Source: Betaproteobacteria bacterium
GTDB taxonomy: Bacteria; Pseudomonadota; Gammaproteobacteria; Burkholderiales; Burkholderiaceae_C
Reading direction: 5' to 3'
Assembly: GCA_009925955.1 (NCBI GenBank)
Contig: RFPX01000001.1
Location: 1-32,424 of the forward strand
DNA length: 32,424 nt
Part shown: piece by piece, positions 19,358 to 28,680 of the stretch
How the letters are laid out: each line of letters begins with the position of its first letter
Numbering within the stretch: position 1 is the first letter of the stretch
Translations under genes and position numbers: made by a program
Notes under the pieces: model-generated
What the model saw: only the letters and a program-made list of their open reading frames with translations
What the model was told of the DNA's origin: nothing
Database searches by the model: none

Positions 19358-20224
19358 ATGTTCGACTACAACGAATCCCTGGAGCAGGCGCGGGAACGCA
19401 ACGTCCGAGACGCCTTGTTGGAGGACTATGGCACCTGCGACTGGACAGGCCTGCTGATCCCGGCAAGCCGCCGCGTGGTGGCCGATGTGCGGGTGCGCGA
19501 ATCCGCCGTCTTGTGCGGCCAGGCCTGGTTTGAAGCCTGCCTGCGCACCTTAGACAAACAGGCCAAGATCGATTGGCGCTACGACGAAGGCCAAGACATG
19601 CAGGCCGACACCGTGGTGTGCACGCTTCATGCACAGGCGCGTGCTCTGCTGGCAGCCGAACGCCCCGGGCTGAACTTCTTGCAACTGCTGTCGGCCACGG
19701 CCAGCGTCGCACGGCTGCATGTTCAGGCCATTGCGGGTGCCTCCCCCAACCCGCGCGGCTGCGTGGTCTTGGACACGCGCAAGACGATACCGGGTCTGCG
19801 CCAGGCTCAGAAGTACGCGGTGCGTGTGGGTGGCGGAGCCAACCAACGCTTGGCCCTGTGGCATGGGATCCTGATCAAGGAGAACCACATCGCGGCCGCC
19901 GGCGGCATCGCCCCGGTGATGCAGCAGGCGCAGTCGCTCAACAGCGGCGTGGACATCCAGATCGAAGTGGAAAGCCTGGACGAATTGCAGCAGGCCTTGG
20001 CCGCCGGAGCCCAAAGCATCCTGATCGACAACTTCTCTTTGGCCGACATGCGCGAGGCGGTGCGGATCACGGCCGGCCGGGCGCTCCTGGAGGTTTCGGG
20101 GGGCGTCACGCTGGCGCAGCTGCGCGACATCGCCGCCACCGGCGTGGACCGCATTTCCATCGGCAAACTCACCAAGGACATCCGCGCGATCGATTTCTCG
20201 ATGCGGGTGCGCTCAACGCTCTGA
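19358..20224 (+). CDS. nadC: Nicotinate-nucleotide pyrophosphorylase (carboxylating)
   Basis: ATG lies 4 nt after the nadA stop. Motifs: LDTRKTIPGLR, KYAVRVGGG.NHR-like, IEVE..LDE, LDNF, and SGGVT...TGVD.IS.G. Confidence 0.92.
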   Translation: MFDYNESLEQARERNVRDALLEDYGTCDWTGLLIPASRRVVADVRVRESAVLCGQAWFEACLRTLDKQAKIDWRYDEGQDMQADTVVCTLHAQARALLAAERPGLNFLQLLSATASVARLHVQAIAGASPNPRGCVVLDTRKTIPGLRQAQKYAVRVGGGANQRLALWHGILIKENHIAAAGGIAPVMQQAQSLNSGVDIQIEVESLDELQQALAAGAQSILIDNFSLADMREAVRITAGRALLEVSGGVTLAQLRDIAATGVDRISIGKLTKDIRAIDFSMRVRSTL

Positions 20225-21859
20225 AGGGGTGCCGATGGGGCGCTCGCGCTCCTGGCGAACGAGGATGGTGGGGAAACTCACTGGCAAGGTGTGCGGGTAA
20301 TCTCGGCTGTAGTGCAGCCCCCGGCTTTCCTGCCGTGACAGCGCTGAGCGCACGATGAGATCGGCGCAGTCCACCAAGTTACGCAATTCCAGCAGATCAC
20401 GGTTGACGCGGAAGTGCGCGTAGTACTCGTGGATCTCCGAGCGCAACAAGGCGATGCGGTGGCGGGCCCGCTCCAGCCGCTTGGTCGTGCGCACGATACC
20501 CACATAGTTCCACATCATCAGCCGCAGTTCATCCCAGTTGTGGGCGATCACCACCTGCTCGTCGGCATCGGCCACTTGGCTTTCGTCCCACGGTGGCAAG
20601 ACGGCCATCGCCGCTGTTTCCCCTCGGCCGATGGCGCTGGCGCAGGTCTGGCCCAACACAACGCACTCCAACAGAGAATTGCTGGCCAAGCGGTTGGCGC
20701 CATGCAGCCCGGTGTAAGTCGCCTCTCCGACCGCATAGAGGCCCGGTAGATCGGTCCGCCCTTGGAGGTCGGTGACCACTCCGCCACAGGTGTAGTGCGC
20801 CGCCGGCACCACCGGAATGGGTTGGCGCGCGATGTCGATGCCCAAACCCAAGCAGCGGGCATGGATGGTGGGAAAGTGCGACTTTAGAAAGTCCTCGCCG
20901 AGGTGGGTGGCGTCCAACCACACATGGTCCACCCCGTGCTTCTTCATCTCGAAGTCGATGGCCCGCGCCACGATATCGCGTGGTGCCAACTCCGCCCGCT
21001 CATCATGGCGGTGCATGAAGCGCGCCGCCTCGCCCTGCAGGCCGGGCACCTTTAGGAAGGCACCTTCACCGCGCAGCGCTTCCGTGATCAGGAAGCTGCG
21101 CTCTTGCGGGTGGTACAGGCACGTCGGATGGAATTGGATGAACTCCATGTTGCCCACGCGACAGCCCGCCCGCCACGCCATGGCAATGCCGTCGCCCGTG
21201 GCGGTGTCGGGGTTGCTGGTGTAACGGTACACCTTGCCCACGCCGCCGCAGGCCAGAACCACGGCCCGTGCCGGCAGGGTCCGCACCCGGTCAGCCTCGA
21301 TGTCCAGGGCGTAGACCCCATAGCAGCGTGCCGGTTCCTGGCGCTTGAGCAAGCGGGAGGTGATGAGGTCCACCGCCATCCACCGCTCCAGCAGCGTGAT
21401 GCGGGGGTGGCGCTGCGCAGCCTGAAGCAGCGCTTGGTGTATGGCCTGGCCGGTGGCGTCCGCAGCGTGGGCGATGCGCCGCACGGCGTGCCCGCCTTCC
21501 TTGGTCAGGTGCAGTCCCAATGGGCCATCCGGGTCTTCGGAAAAGGCCACACCTTGGTCCACCAGCCAACGAATGGCCCGCTCACTGTTCTCGGCGATGA
21601 AGCGTGCCGTGTGCTCATCCACGAGGCCGGCACCGGCATCCTGGGTATCACGCACATGGGACTCGATGCTGTCATCGGCCCCCAGGACGCCCACGATGCC
21701 GCCCTGGGCCCAAGCGGTGGCCGCCTCGCCAAGACTGCGCTTGGCCAGCACCACGACAGGTACGTGGTCGGCCAGGTGCAGCGCGGTCGTCAGGCCGGCC
21801 AAACCGGCCCCAACGACCACCACCGGCGGCTCCGCGCCGCTCACGTCATCGTCTCCCAT
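20213..21859 (-). CDS. nadB: L-aspartate oxidase
   Basis: FAD-binding N-terminus VVVVGAGLAGL plus fumarate reductase/succinate dehydrogenase-type flavoprotein motifs (AQGGI, HPT, RGEG, LHGANRLASNSLLE). Confidence 0.93.
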   Translation of the reverse strand: MGDDDVSGAEPPVVVVGAGLAGLTTALHLADHVPVVVLAKRSLGEAATAWAQGGIVGVLGADDSIESHVRDTQDAGAGLVDEHTARFIAENSERAIRWLVDQGVAFSEDPDGPLGLHLTKEGGHAVRRIAHAADATGQAIHQALLQAAQRHPRITLLERWMAVDLITSRLLKRQEPARCYGVYALDIEADRVRTLPARAVVLACGGVGKVYRYTSNPDTATGDGIAMAWRAGCRVGNMEFIQFHPTCLYHPQERSFLITEALRGEGAFLKVPGLQGEAARFMHRHDERAELAPRDIVARAIDFEMKKHGVDHVWLDATHLGEDFLKSHFPTIHARCLGLGIDIARQPIPVVPAAHYTCGGVVTDLQGRTDLPGLYAVGEATYTGLHGANRLASNSLLECVVLGQTCASAIGRGETAAMAVLPPWDESQVADADEQVVIAHNWDELRLMMWNYVGIVRTTKRLERARHRIALLRSEIHEYYAHFRVNRDLLELRNLVDCADLIVRSALSRQESRGLHYSRDYPHTLPVSFPTILVRQERERPIGTPSER

Positions 21860-21881
21860 CGGCCGATTCTAGGAGGGCTGT

Positions 21882-24470
21882 TCAATGAACCACACGCTCG
21901 AAAACAAAGGCCCCTTCCTGAACGTCCACCGGTATCACATCCTTCGGCCCAAAGCGGCCCTGCAGAATGAGTTTGGCCACGGGGTTCTCGATGCGCTGCT
22001 GAATGGCCCGCTTCAATGGCCGTGCACCGAACACCGGGTCAAAGCCGACTTTGGCAATCTCGGCCAGGGCAGCCGCGGACACATCGAGCTTGATCTCCAT
22101 CTTTTCCAATCGGCTCTCCAACAGGCGCAACTGGATGCGCGCAATGGACTCGATGTGTTGAGCCTGCAAGGCATGAAACACCACGGTCTCGTCGATCCGA
22201 TTGAGGAACTCGGGGCGGAAGTGGGCCTTGACCTCGGCCCAAACGGCTTCACGAATCAGCTCGGCATCTTGGCCGGCCATGTCCATGATGCGGTGCGAGC
22301 CCAGGTTGCTGGTCATGATGATGACGGTGTTCTTGAAGTCCACGGTGCGTCCCTGACCATCGGTCAGGCGCCCGTCGTCGAGCACCTGCAACAACACATT
22401 GAACACATCGGGATGGGCCTTTTCCACCTCATCCAGAAGCAGCACGCTGTAGGGCTTTCGCCGCACGGCCTCGGTCAGGGTGCCACCCTCTTCATAGCCC
22501 ACGTAGCCCGGCGGCGCGCCGATGAGTCGGCTCACCGAGTGCTTTTCCATGAACTCGCTCATGTCGATGCGCACCATGTGGTCGTCGCTGTCGAACAAGA
22601 AGCCGGCCAGGGCCTTGCAAAGCTCGGTCTTGCCAACCCCCGTGGGTCCCAAGAACAAGAAGGACCCCAGAGGCCGGTTGGGGTCCGAGAGCCCTGCTCG
22701 TGAGCGCCGGATGGCGTCGGCCACCGAGACGATCGCCTCGTCCTGACCCACCACCCGCTCGTGCAGGCGCTCTTCCATGTGCAGGAGCTTGTCGCGCTCG
22801 CCCTGCATGAGCTTGCTCACCGGAATGCCGGTGGCGCGCGCCACCACCTCGGCAATCTCTTCAGCACCCACCAAGGTGCGCAACAAGCGCGGGCGCTTGT
22901 CGCCCTCACCCTTGCCGGATTCCTTGGCCTGTGCGGCTTGTAGCCGCTTTTCCAAATCCGGCAGCTTGCCGTACTGCAGTTCGGCCACCTTGTTGAAGTC
23001 GCCCTTGCGCTTGAGTTCCTCGATCTGGTGGCGAATCCGATCGATCTCTTCCTTGACCTGCGCCGATCCTTGCGCCGCCGCCTTCTCCACCTTCCAGACC
23101 TCTTCCAGGTCCGCATACTCGCGGCCCAATTTGCCGATTTCCTCCTCGATTAGGGCCAGGCGCTTCTTGGAGGCTTCGTCCTTTTCCTTCTTGACCGCCT
23201 CCCGTTCGATCTTCAGCTGGATGAGGCGCCGGTCGAGCTTGTCCATGACTTCAGGCTTGGAGTCGATCTCAATCTTGATCTTGGCAGCAGCCTCGTCGAT
23301 CAGGTCGATGGCCTTGTCGGGCAGGAACCGGTCGGTGATGTAGCGATGGGAAAGCTCGGCTGCCGCCACGATGGCGGGATCGGTGATTTCAACGCCGTGG
23401 TGCACCTCGTAGCGCTCTTGCAAACCACGAAGGATGGCGATGGTGGCCTCCACCGAGGGCTCGTCGACCAGCACCTTCTGGAATCGCCGCTCCAATGCGG
23501 CGTCCTTCTCCACATGCTTGCGGTACTCGTCCAGTGTGGTGGCGCCAATGCAATGCAGTTCGCCGCGGGCCAGGGCAGGCTTGAGCATGTTGCCCGCATC
23601 GATGGCCCCTTCGGCCTTCCCGGCGCCCACCATGGTGTGGATCTCATCGATGAACAGGATGATGCGGCCTTCGTCGGCGGCCACCTCCTTGAGCACGGCC
23701 TTGAGCCGCTCCTCAAACTCGCCACGGAACTTGGCGCCGGCCAACAAGCCCGCCATGTCCAAGACCAGGACCCGCTTGTCGCGCAGGGTGTCCGGTACTT
23801 CCCCATTGACGATGCGCTGTGCCAGCCCCTCCACAATCGCCGTCTTGCCCACGCCCGGCTCGCCGATGAGCACGGGGTTGTTCTTGCTGCGGCGCTGCAG
23901 CACCTGGATGGCTCGGCGAATCTCGTCATCGCGGCCAATCACAGGGTCGAGCTTTCCCATGCGCGCCCGCTCGGTCAGGTCCAGCGTGAACTTCTTGAGC
24001 GCCTCGCGCTGACCTTCTGCCTCAGCCGAATCCACCTTTTGGTCACCGCGAACAGCGCGGATCGCCGCTTCCAGGGCCTTGCGGGTCAGCCCGTGGCCCC
24101 GCACCACCGCGCCGAGGTCGGCCTTGGAATCGGCAAGTGCCAGCAGCAGCATTTCGCTGGCGATGAACTGGTCACCCCGCTGCGACGCTTCCTTCTCGGC
24201 CTGCTGAAACAACTGCACCAGATCACGGCCAACCTGGACCTGCCCTCCCTGAACCTGTGGCAAGGCCGCCAGGGCCGTATCCGCTGCCGTCTTGAGTGCG
24301 CCCACGTTGGCACCGGCGCGCTCCAGCAGGGAACGAGGACCGTCGGCCTGGACCAACAAGGCCAGCAACAGGTGGACCGGCTCGATGTACGGATGCTCGC
24401 GGGTCACCGCCAGGCTTTGGGCGTCCTGCAGGGCGTGTTGCAGGGTTGTGGTGAGCTTGTCCAAACGCAT
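21882..24470 (-). CDS. clpB: ATP-dependent chaperone/disaggregase ClpB
   Basis: 862 aa with two AAA+ modules (GEPGVGKT and GPTGVGKTE Walker A motifs) and the long middle coiled-coil. AAGGAG lies 6 nt upstream of the ATG. Confidence 0.96.
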   Translation of the reverse strand: MRLDKLTTTLQHALQDAQSLAVTREHPYIEPVHLLLALLVQADGPRSLLERAGANVGALKTAADTALAALPQVQGGQVQVGRDLVQLFQQAEKEASQRGDQFIASEMLLLALADSKADLGAVVRGHGLTRKALEAAIRAVRGDQKVDSAEAEGQREALKKFTLDLTERARMGKLDPVIGRDDEIRRAIQVLQRRSKNNPVLIGEPGVGKTAIVEGLAQRIVNGEVPDTLRDKRVLVLDMAGLLAGAKFRGEFEERLKAVLKEVAADEGRIILFIDEIHTMVGAGKAEGAIDAGNMLKPALARGELHCIGATTLDEYRKHVEKDAALERRFQKVLVDEPSVEATIAILRGLQERYEVHHGVEITDPAIVAAAELSHRYITDRFLPDKAIDLIDEAAAKIKIEIDSKPEVMDKLDRRLIQLKIEREAVKKEKDEASKKRLALIEEEIGKLGREYADLEEVWKVEKAAAQGSAQVKEEIDRIRHQIEELKRKGDFNKVAELQYGKLPDLEKRLQAAQAKESGKGEGDKRPRLLRTLVGAEEIAEVVARATGIPVSKLMQGERDKLLHMEERLHERVVGQDEAIVSVADAIRRSRAGLSDPNRPLGSFLFLGPTGVGKTELCKALAGFLFDSDDHMVRIDMSEFMEKHSVSRLIGAPPGYVGYEEGGTLTEAVRRKPYSVLLLDEVEKAHPDVFNVLLQVLDDGRLTDGQGRTVDFKNTVIIMTSNLGSHRIMDMAGQDAELIREAVWAEVKAHFRPEFLNRIDETVVFHALQAQHIESIARIQLRLLESRLEKMEIKLDVSAAALAEIAKVGFDPVFGARPLKRAIQQRIENPVAKLILQGRFGPKDVIPVDVQEGAFVFERVVH

Positions 24471-24490
24471 GTTGCACTCCTTGATTCCTC

Positions 24491-24522
24491 ACATGTGGTG
24501 TGAGGACCGGGAAATTCAAGGG
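24491..24522 (-). promoter_or_regulatory. RpoH (sigma-32)-type heat-shock promoter of clpB
   Basis: The minus strand reads CCCTTGAA-N16-CCACATGT, against the E. coli consensus CCCTTGAA ... CCCCATNT. It lies ~25-55 nt upstream of the clpB ATG. Confidence 0.6.
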
Positions 24523-24549
24523 CCGCCCACCCTTGGGCACAATCGGGCC

Positions 24550-25089
24550 ATGTCCATCCACCAACTCTCCGTGGTCTACCAGACCGATCAGGACCGCCTG
24601 CTGTTGCGGGTGAGAACCCGCGACGATCGGCTCTTCGAGCTCTGGTTGACACGGCGCCTGATGGCGCGGCTGTGGCAGCCGATGCAAAACACGGCCAACG
24701 CGGCATCCCTGGGCATGGCCTCGCGCGGCGCCACCATACTGCCGGAGGCCCGTGACATGGTGACGCAGAGCATGCGTGACCAAGCCAAACAGGCTGGTGA
24801 CTTTGCCTCGCCTTTCGATGACAGCGCCGCCGAGCGCCCGCTGGGCGAACAGCCCCTGCTGGTGGCCGCGGTCGACATTCGACAGGGTGCGTCGGGCCAG
24901 GTGACCGTCGTGTGGCGCGATGCCCAACAGCGGGACTTGTCCCTGACCCTGACGGCCGACCTGTTGCACAACCTGCTGTCCCTGGTCGAGCAGGCGCTGG
25001 TGCAGTCGGAGTGGGGATTGGTGGCGCCCCCTGCTGCGCAGGCGCCGGTCCCCAGCGAGCCCTCGCCTGCGCCGCGCCTGCTGAACTGA
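24550..25089 (+). CDS. Hypothetical protein, 179 aa, no family recognised
   Basis: Internal ATG (24550) of track ORF 24292..25089. The upstream part of that ORF overlaps clpB and its promoter. The composition and codon pattern look coding, and the C-terminus is a Pro/Ala-rich tail. No motif is known to me. Confidence 0.65.
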   Translation: MSIHQLSVVYQTDQDRLLLRVRTRDDRLFELWLTRRLMARLWQPMQNTANAASLGMASRGATILPEARDMVTQSMRDQAKQAGDFASPFDDSAAERPLGEQPLLVAAVDIRQGASGQVTVVWRDAQQRDLSLTLTADLLHNLLSLVEQALVQSEWGLVAPPAAQAPVPSEPSPAPRLLN

Positions 25090-25093
25090 GGAT

Positions 25094-25142
25094 GTGGGGC
25101 CGCGCCCCACCAGGGCCTGCCGTAGCGCGGTCGAAGCCGCGC
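25094..25142. terminator. Two GC-rich hairpins between convergent genes (hypothetical protein / moaE)
   Basis: GTGGGGC-CGC-GCCCCAC (25094..25110) and GCGCGG-TCGAAG-CCGCGC (25125..25142). Neither has a U-tract. Confidence 0.35.
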
Positions 25143-25149
25143 AGATCTC

Positions 25150-25647
25150 TCAGGCTGCGTTGCCGGCCGAGATACCCCAGCGGGCCAGCGCTTGATCGTC
25201 GCTCACGCGGGCATCCACCCAGCGCGCGCCCTGCGGTGTGTGTTCCTTCTTCCAGAAGGGGGCCTGCGTCTTGAGGTAGTCCATCAAAAACTCACAGGCC
25301 TTGAACGATTCACCCCGGTGGGCCGACGCCACGGCCACCAGGACAATCTGCGCACCCGGCTCCAGCGCCCCAACCCGGTGGATCACCCGAACGGCCCGGA
25401 TATCAAAGCGGGCAAACGCCTGGTCAATCATGGACTCGATGGACGATTCGGTCATCCCGGGATAGTGCTCAAGCTCCAAAAGCGCAATCGACCCGCCGGG
25501 CTCAGCCGGTGCAGACCCCAAGCGGTCTCGAACCGTGCCCACAAAGCTCGTCACCGCCCCCACACCCAGGTCATCTTGGTGCAGGGCCTGCACTTCACGC
25601 GACAGGTCGAAGTCCTCGGTTTGAATCACCACCCGCGGTGCGCCCAC
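25150..25647 (-). CDS. moaE: Molybdopterin synthase catalytic subunit
   Basis: GTG 25647 is preceded by GGGAGG and lies 1 nt after the moaD stop. The product (VVIQTEDFDL...GAVTSFVGTVRD..., LEHYPGM, VAVASAHR) is MoaE-like. Confidence 0.88.
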   Translation of the reverse strand: MGAPRVVIQTEDFDLSREVQALHQDDLGVGAVTSFVGTVRDRLGSAPAEPGGSIALLELEHYPGMTESSIESMIDQAFARFDIRAVRVIHRVGALEPGAQIVLVAVASAHRGESFKACEFLMDYLKTQAPFWKKEHTPQGARWVDARVSDDQALARWGISAGNAA

Positions 25648-25648
25648 G

Positions 25649-25903
25649 TCAGCCTCCCGTGACCGGTGGAAAGAACGCCACCTCAGCGCCATCGGGAACA
25701 ACGCCATCCTCGGAGGCCATGACCTGGTTGACCGCACAACGCACCGCCCGCCCCTTTTGCAGGGCTTGGGCGTGGGCAGGGCTGCACTGGATCAGGACTT
25801 CGCGCAATTGGGCGACCGTCAAAGGGGCCGACAAGCCCTGGAGTTCTTGGCGTTCCCCGAGGGCTTCGCGCAGTGAAGCGAAGTAGCGGATGGTCAGGTT
25901 CAT
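25649..25903 (-). CDS. moaD: Molybdopterin synthase sulfur-carrier subunit
   Basis: 84 aa. It starts MNLTIRYFASLREALG and ends in the diagnostic C-terminal Gly-Gly (FFPPVTGG*). Confidence 0.85.
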   Translation of the reverse strand: MNLTIRYFASLREALGERQELQGLSAPLTVAQLREVLIQCSPAHAQALQKGRAVRCAVNQVMASEDGVVPDGAEVAFFPPVTGG

Positions 25904-25931
25904 GGCCGGTTTCGGGGGCTGCTGAGGGAAC

Positions 25932-27200
25932 TCAAGCGGACAGGAGGTCTGCAAAGGACAGGAACCGCACCATCTGCCCCTGCTCGATGGTCGTACCAGC
26001 CGGATTGTCGACCAGTCCGTCGGCCCAAACCGCCGAGGTCAGCACACCCGAGCTCTGGTTGGGGAAAAGCTCCACCCCACCCTGCCCGTTCAGCCGTGCG
26101 CGCAGAAACTCTCGGCGCCGATCGGGCCGCGGCCAGCTGAAGTCTGCGCGCAGCATCTGCGGCTTGAAGGACTGGGCCGGCATTCCCTGCAAGACCCGGA
26201 GCAACGGTGCCACCGCCAGGACAAAGGTGATGAAGCTGGACACCGGGTTGCCCGGCAGCCCCACGAACAGGCATTCCCGCTGACCGCTGGTGCGGACCGA
26301 GCCAAAAGCCAGGGGCTTGCCAGGCTTGATGCCCATCTGCCACAGCTCCAGGCGCCCCTGCGCCTGCACCGCCGGCTTGATGTGGTCTTCCTCCCCCACG
26401 GAAACGCCACCCGAGGTCAGGATCAGGTCATGCCCATCAGCAGCCTGTCGCAGGGCAGCGCGCGTGGCCTCCAGGCGATCGGGCACGATGCCCAAATCGG
26501 TGACGTCACAGCCCGCGGCCAACAACAAACCACGCAGCGTGTAACGGTTGGAGTTGTAGATGGCGCCCGGGCGCAGTTGCTGCGGGCTCACCTCGCCCGG
26601 CATGACCAATTCGTCGCCCGTGGAAAACAAGGCCACACGGGGCCGCCGCACCACCACCACCTCCGCACAACCCACCGACGCGGCCAAGCCCATGGCCTGC
26701 GGTGTCATGCGGGTACCAGCGGTCAAGACCACCGAGTCGGCCTGCACATCCTCGGCCCTGCGGCGCACCCACTGGCCCAACTGGGGCGACACCTTCACCA
26801 CCACCGAGCCCAAGCCTTGGCCATCGCCGGCGGCAACGGCCTCGCACTGCTCCTGCATCACCACAGCATCCGCGCCGGGGGGCAGTTGTGCCCCAGTAAA
26901 GATGCGGGCGGCGGTGCCCGGCTCAAGCGCCGAACCAACCTGGCCGGCGGGGATGCGTTGGCTCACCGGCAGCCGGGTTCCAGGCTCGGGCACATCCGCG
27001 GCCCTCAGGGCGTAACCGTCCATGGAGGTGTTGTCCTGCGGTGGCACGTCGATCAAGGATCGGATCGGCTGGGCCAGGACACGGTTCCAGGCTTCGAGCA
27101 GGCTCACAGCCTGCACGTCGCGGATCAAGGCCGCTTGTGCGCCGCGGCTCAGCCGCTGCAGCGCGTCTTCCAAACTCATCAGGTCAGCAGCGGGCTTCAT
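25932..27200 (-). CDS. moeA: Molybdopterin molybdenumtransferase
   Basis: 422 aa with the MoeA pattern (DNTSMDGYA, STGDEL, IYNSN, SGGVSVGEEDH, KPGKP..FG, LPGNPVS). Confidence 0.92.
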   Translation of the reverse strand: MKPAADLMSLEDALQRLSRGAQAALIRDVQAVSLLEAWNRVLAQPIRSLIDVPPQDNTSMDGYALRAADVPEPGTRLPVSQRIPAGQVGSALEPGTAARIFTGAQLPPGADAVVMQEQCEAVAAGDGQGLGSVVVKVSPQLGQWVRRRAEDVQADSVVLTAGTRMTPQAMGLAASVGCAEVVVVRRPRVALFSTGDELVMPGEVSPQQLRPGAIYNSNRYTLRGLLLAAGCDVTDLGIVPDRLEATRAALRQAADGHDLILTSGGVSVGEEDHIKPAVQAQGRLELWQMGIKPGKPLAFGSVRTSGQRECLFVGLPGNPVSSFITFVLAVAPLLRVLQGMPAQSFKPQMLRADFSWPRPDRRREFLRARLNGQGGVELFPNQSSGVLTSAVWADGLVDNPAGTTIEQGQMVRFLSFADLLSA

Positions 27201-27261
27201 TCAACGCAGCGTGGTTCAGGCTTGAGAAGGGTTCCGGTGCACGCTGGACACTCCGAGGGCA

Positions 27262-28680
27262 TCAGGCATGGGCCTCGATGTAGGCCTTGACCCGCGCCAC
27301 ATCGGCGGGCAATACGGTGAATCGCTTGGGCAACGCTTCAATCCCCTGGAGCGCTGCAGGACGCTCCGGCTCAAGACCCAGGGCCTCGACCAGCGTCTGG
27401 GCAAACTTTGCCGGCAAGGCCGTCTCCAGGACCAGCATGGGCACACCAGGCTCGGTCCATTGGCGTGCCACCTTAAGGCCGTCGGCCGTGTGGGTGTCAA
27501 TCATCACGCCGAAGCGGCGGTGGGTGTCACGTATGGTTTCCAGCCGATTGGCGTGGGTGCTGGCACCCGATACAAAACCGTAGTGGCCAATCTGTTGGAA
27601 CTCGGTGTCGGACAGGCGGAAGAATCCCTGCTTCTCCACCTGCTCACCAAACAGCGCCCGGGTACGCGGGCCGTCCCGGCCGAGGAGGTCGAACACGAAG
27701 CGCTCGAAATTGCTCGCCTTGCTGATGTCCATCGACGGGCTGGACGTCTCGTGGGTCTCGGCCGTCTTGCGCACCCGATAGGTTCCGGTTCGGAAGAACT
27801 CATCGAGCACGTCGTTCTCGTTGGTGGCGCACACCAGGCGTGCGATGGGCAGCCCCATCATGCGTGCCACATGGCCCGCGCAGATGTTGCCGAAATTGCC
27901 CGAGGGCACCGCGAAGCTGACCCGCTCTTCATCGGACTGTGTGGCCTGAAAGTAGCCCGCAAAGTAGTACACCACCTGCGCCAGCAAACGCGCCCAGTTG
28001 ATGGAGTTGACGGTGCCGATGTGCCAGTGCGCCTTGAAGCCCAGGTCATTGGAGACGGCCTTGACGATGTCCTGACAGTCGTCGAACACACCCTCAATGG
28101 CAATGTTGTGGATGTTGGCGTCCTGCAGGCTGAACATCTGTGCCTGCTGAAAGGGGCTCATCCGGTTGTGCGGGCTGAGCATGAACACCTTGACGCCCTT
28201 CTTGCCCTTCATCGCGTACTCGGCTGCGCTGCCGGTATCGCCACTGGTGGCCCCCAGGATGTTCAGGACCTGTGAGCGCCGCCCCAACTCGTACTCGAAC
28301 AACTGGCCCAACAGCTGCATGGCCATGTCCTTGAAGGCCAGCGTGGGACCGTTGGACAAGGCTTGCAACTGCAGCCCGCCCTCCAGCGGCTTGAGTGGCA
28401 CGATGGCGGGCGTGCCGAACACCGCTTCGTTGTAGGCCCGGCCACACATGGCCCGCAGGTCCTGAGCGGGAATGTCGTCCACGTACAGCGACAACAGGCG
28501 AAAAGCCAACTCCGCGTAGCCCTGTTCGCGCCAAACGGCACGCAGATCGGCCAAACCCGCTCGGTCGATCTGCGGGTACTGCTCCGGCAGGTACAGGCCA
28601 CCATCAGGGGCCAAGCCCTCGAGCAAGATCTCGGAAAAACGCTTACGGCCCGGGTGGCCGCGGGTGCTCAGGTAGCGCAT
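27262..28680 (-). CDS. thrC: Threonine synthase
   Basis: 472 aa: MRYLSTRG..., the PLP-lysine region GPTLAFKD, then ATSGDTGSAA. The ATG shares one base with the hom stop (TGATG). Confidence 0.95.
   Translation of the reverse strand: MRYLSTRGHPGRKRFSEILLEGLAPDGGLYLPEQYPQIDRAGLADLRAVWREQGYAELAFRLLSLYVDDIPAQDLRAMCGRAYNEAVFGTPAIVPLKPLEGGLQLQALSNGPTLAFKDMAMQLLGQLFEYELGRRSQVLNILGATSGDTGSAAEYAMKGKKGVKVFMLSPHNRMSPFQQAQMFSLQDANIHNIAIEGVFDDCQDIVKAVSNDLGFKAHWHIGTVNSINWARLLAQVVYYFAGYFQATQSDEERVSFAVPSGNFGNICAGHVARMMGLPIARLVCATNENDVLDEFFRTGTYRVRKTAETHETSSPSMDISKASNFERFVFDLLGRDGPRTRALFGEQVEKQGFFRLSDTEFQQIGHYGFVSGASTHANRLETIRDTHRRFGVMIDTHTADGLKVARQWTEPGVPMLVLETALPAKFAQTLVEALGLEPERPAALQGIEALPKRFTVLPADVARVKAYIEAHA

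Noticed and set aside
24223-25110. A 295-aa minus-strand ORF opposite the hypothetical protein and the clpB 5' end
   Set aside because: It overlaps the clpB start and promoter in another frame. It is Arg/Gly/Pro-rich. The plus-strand ORF from 24550 has the more protein-like composition.
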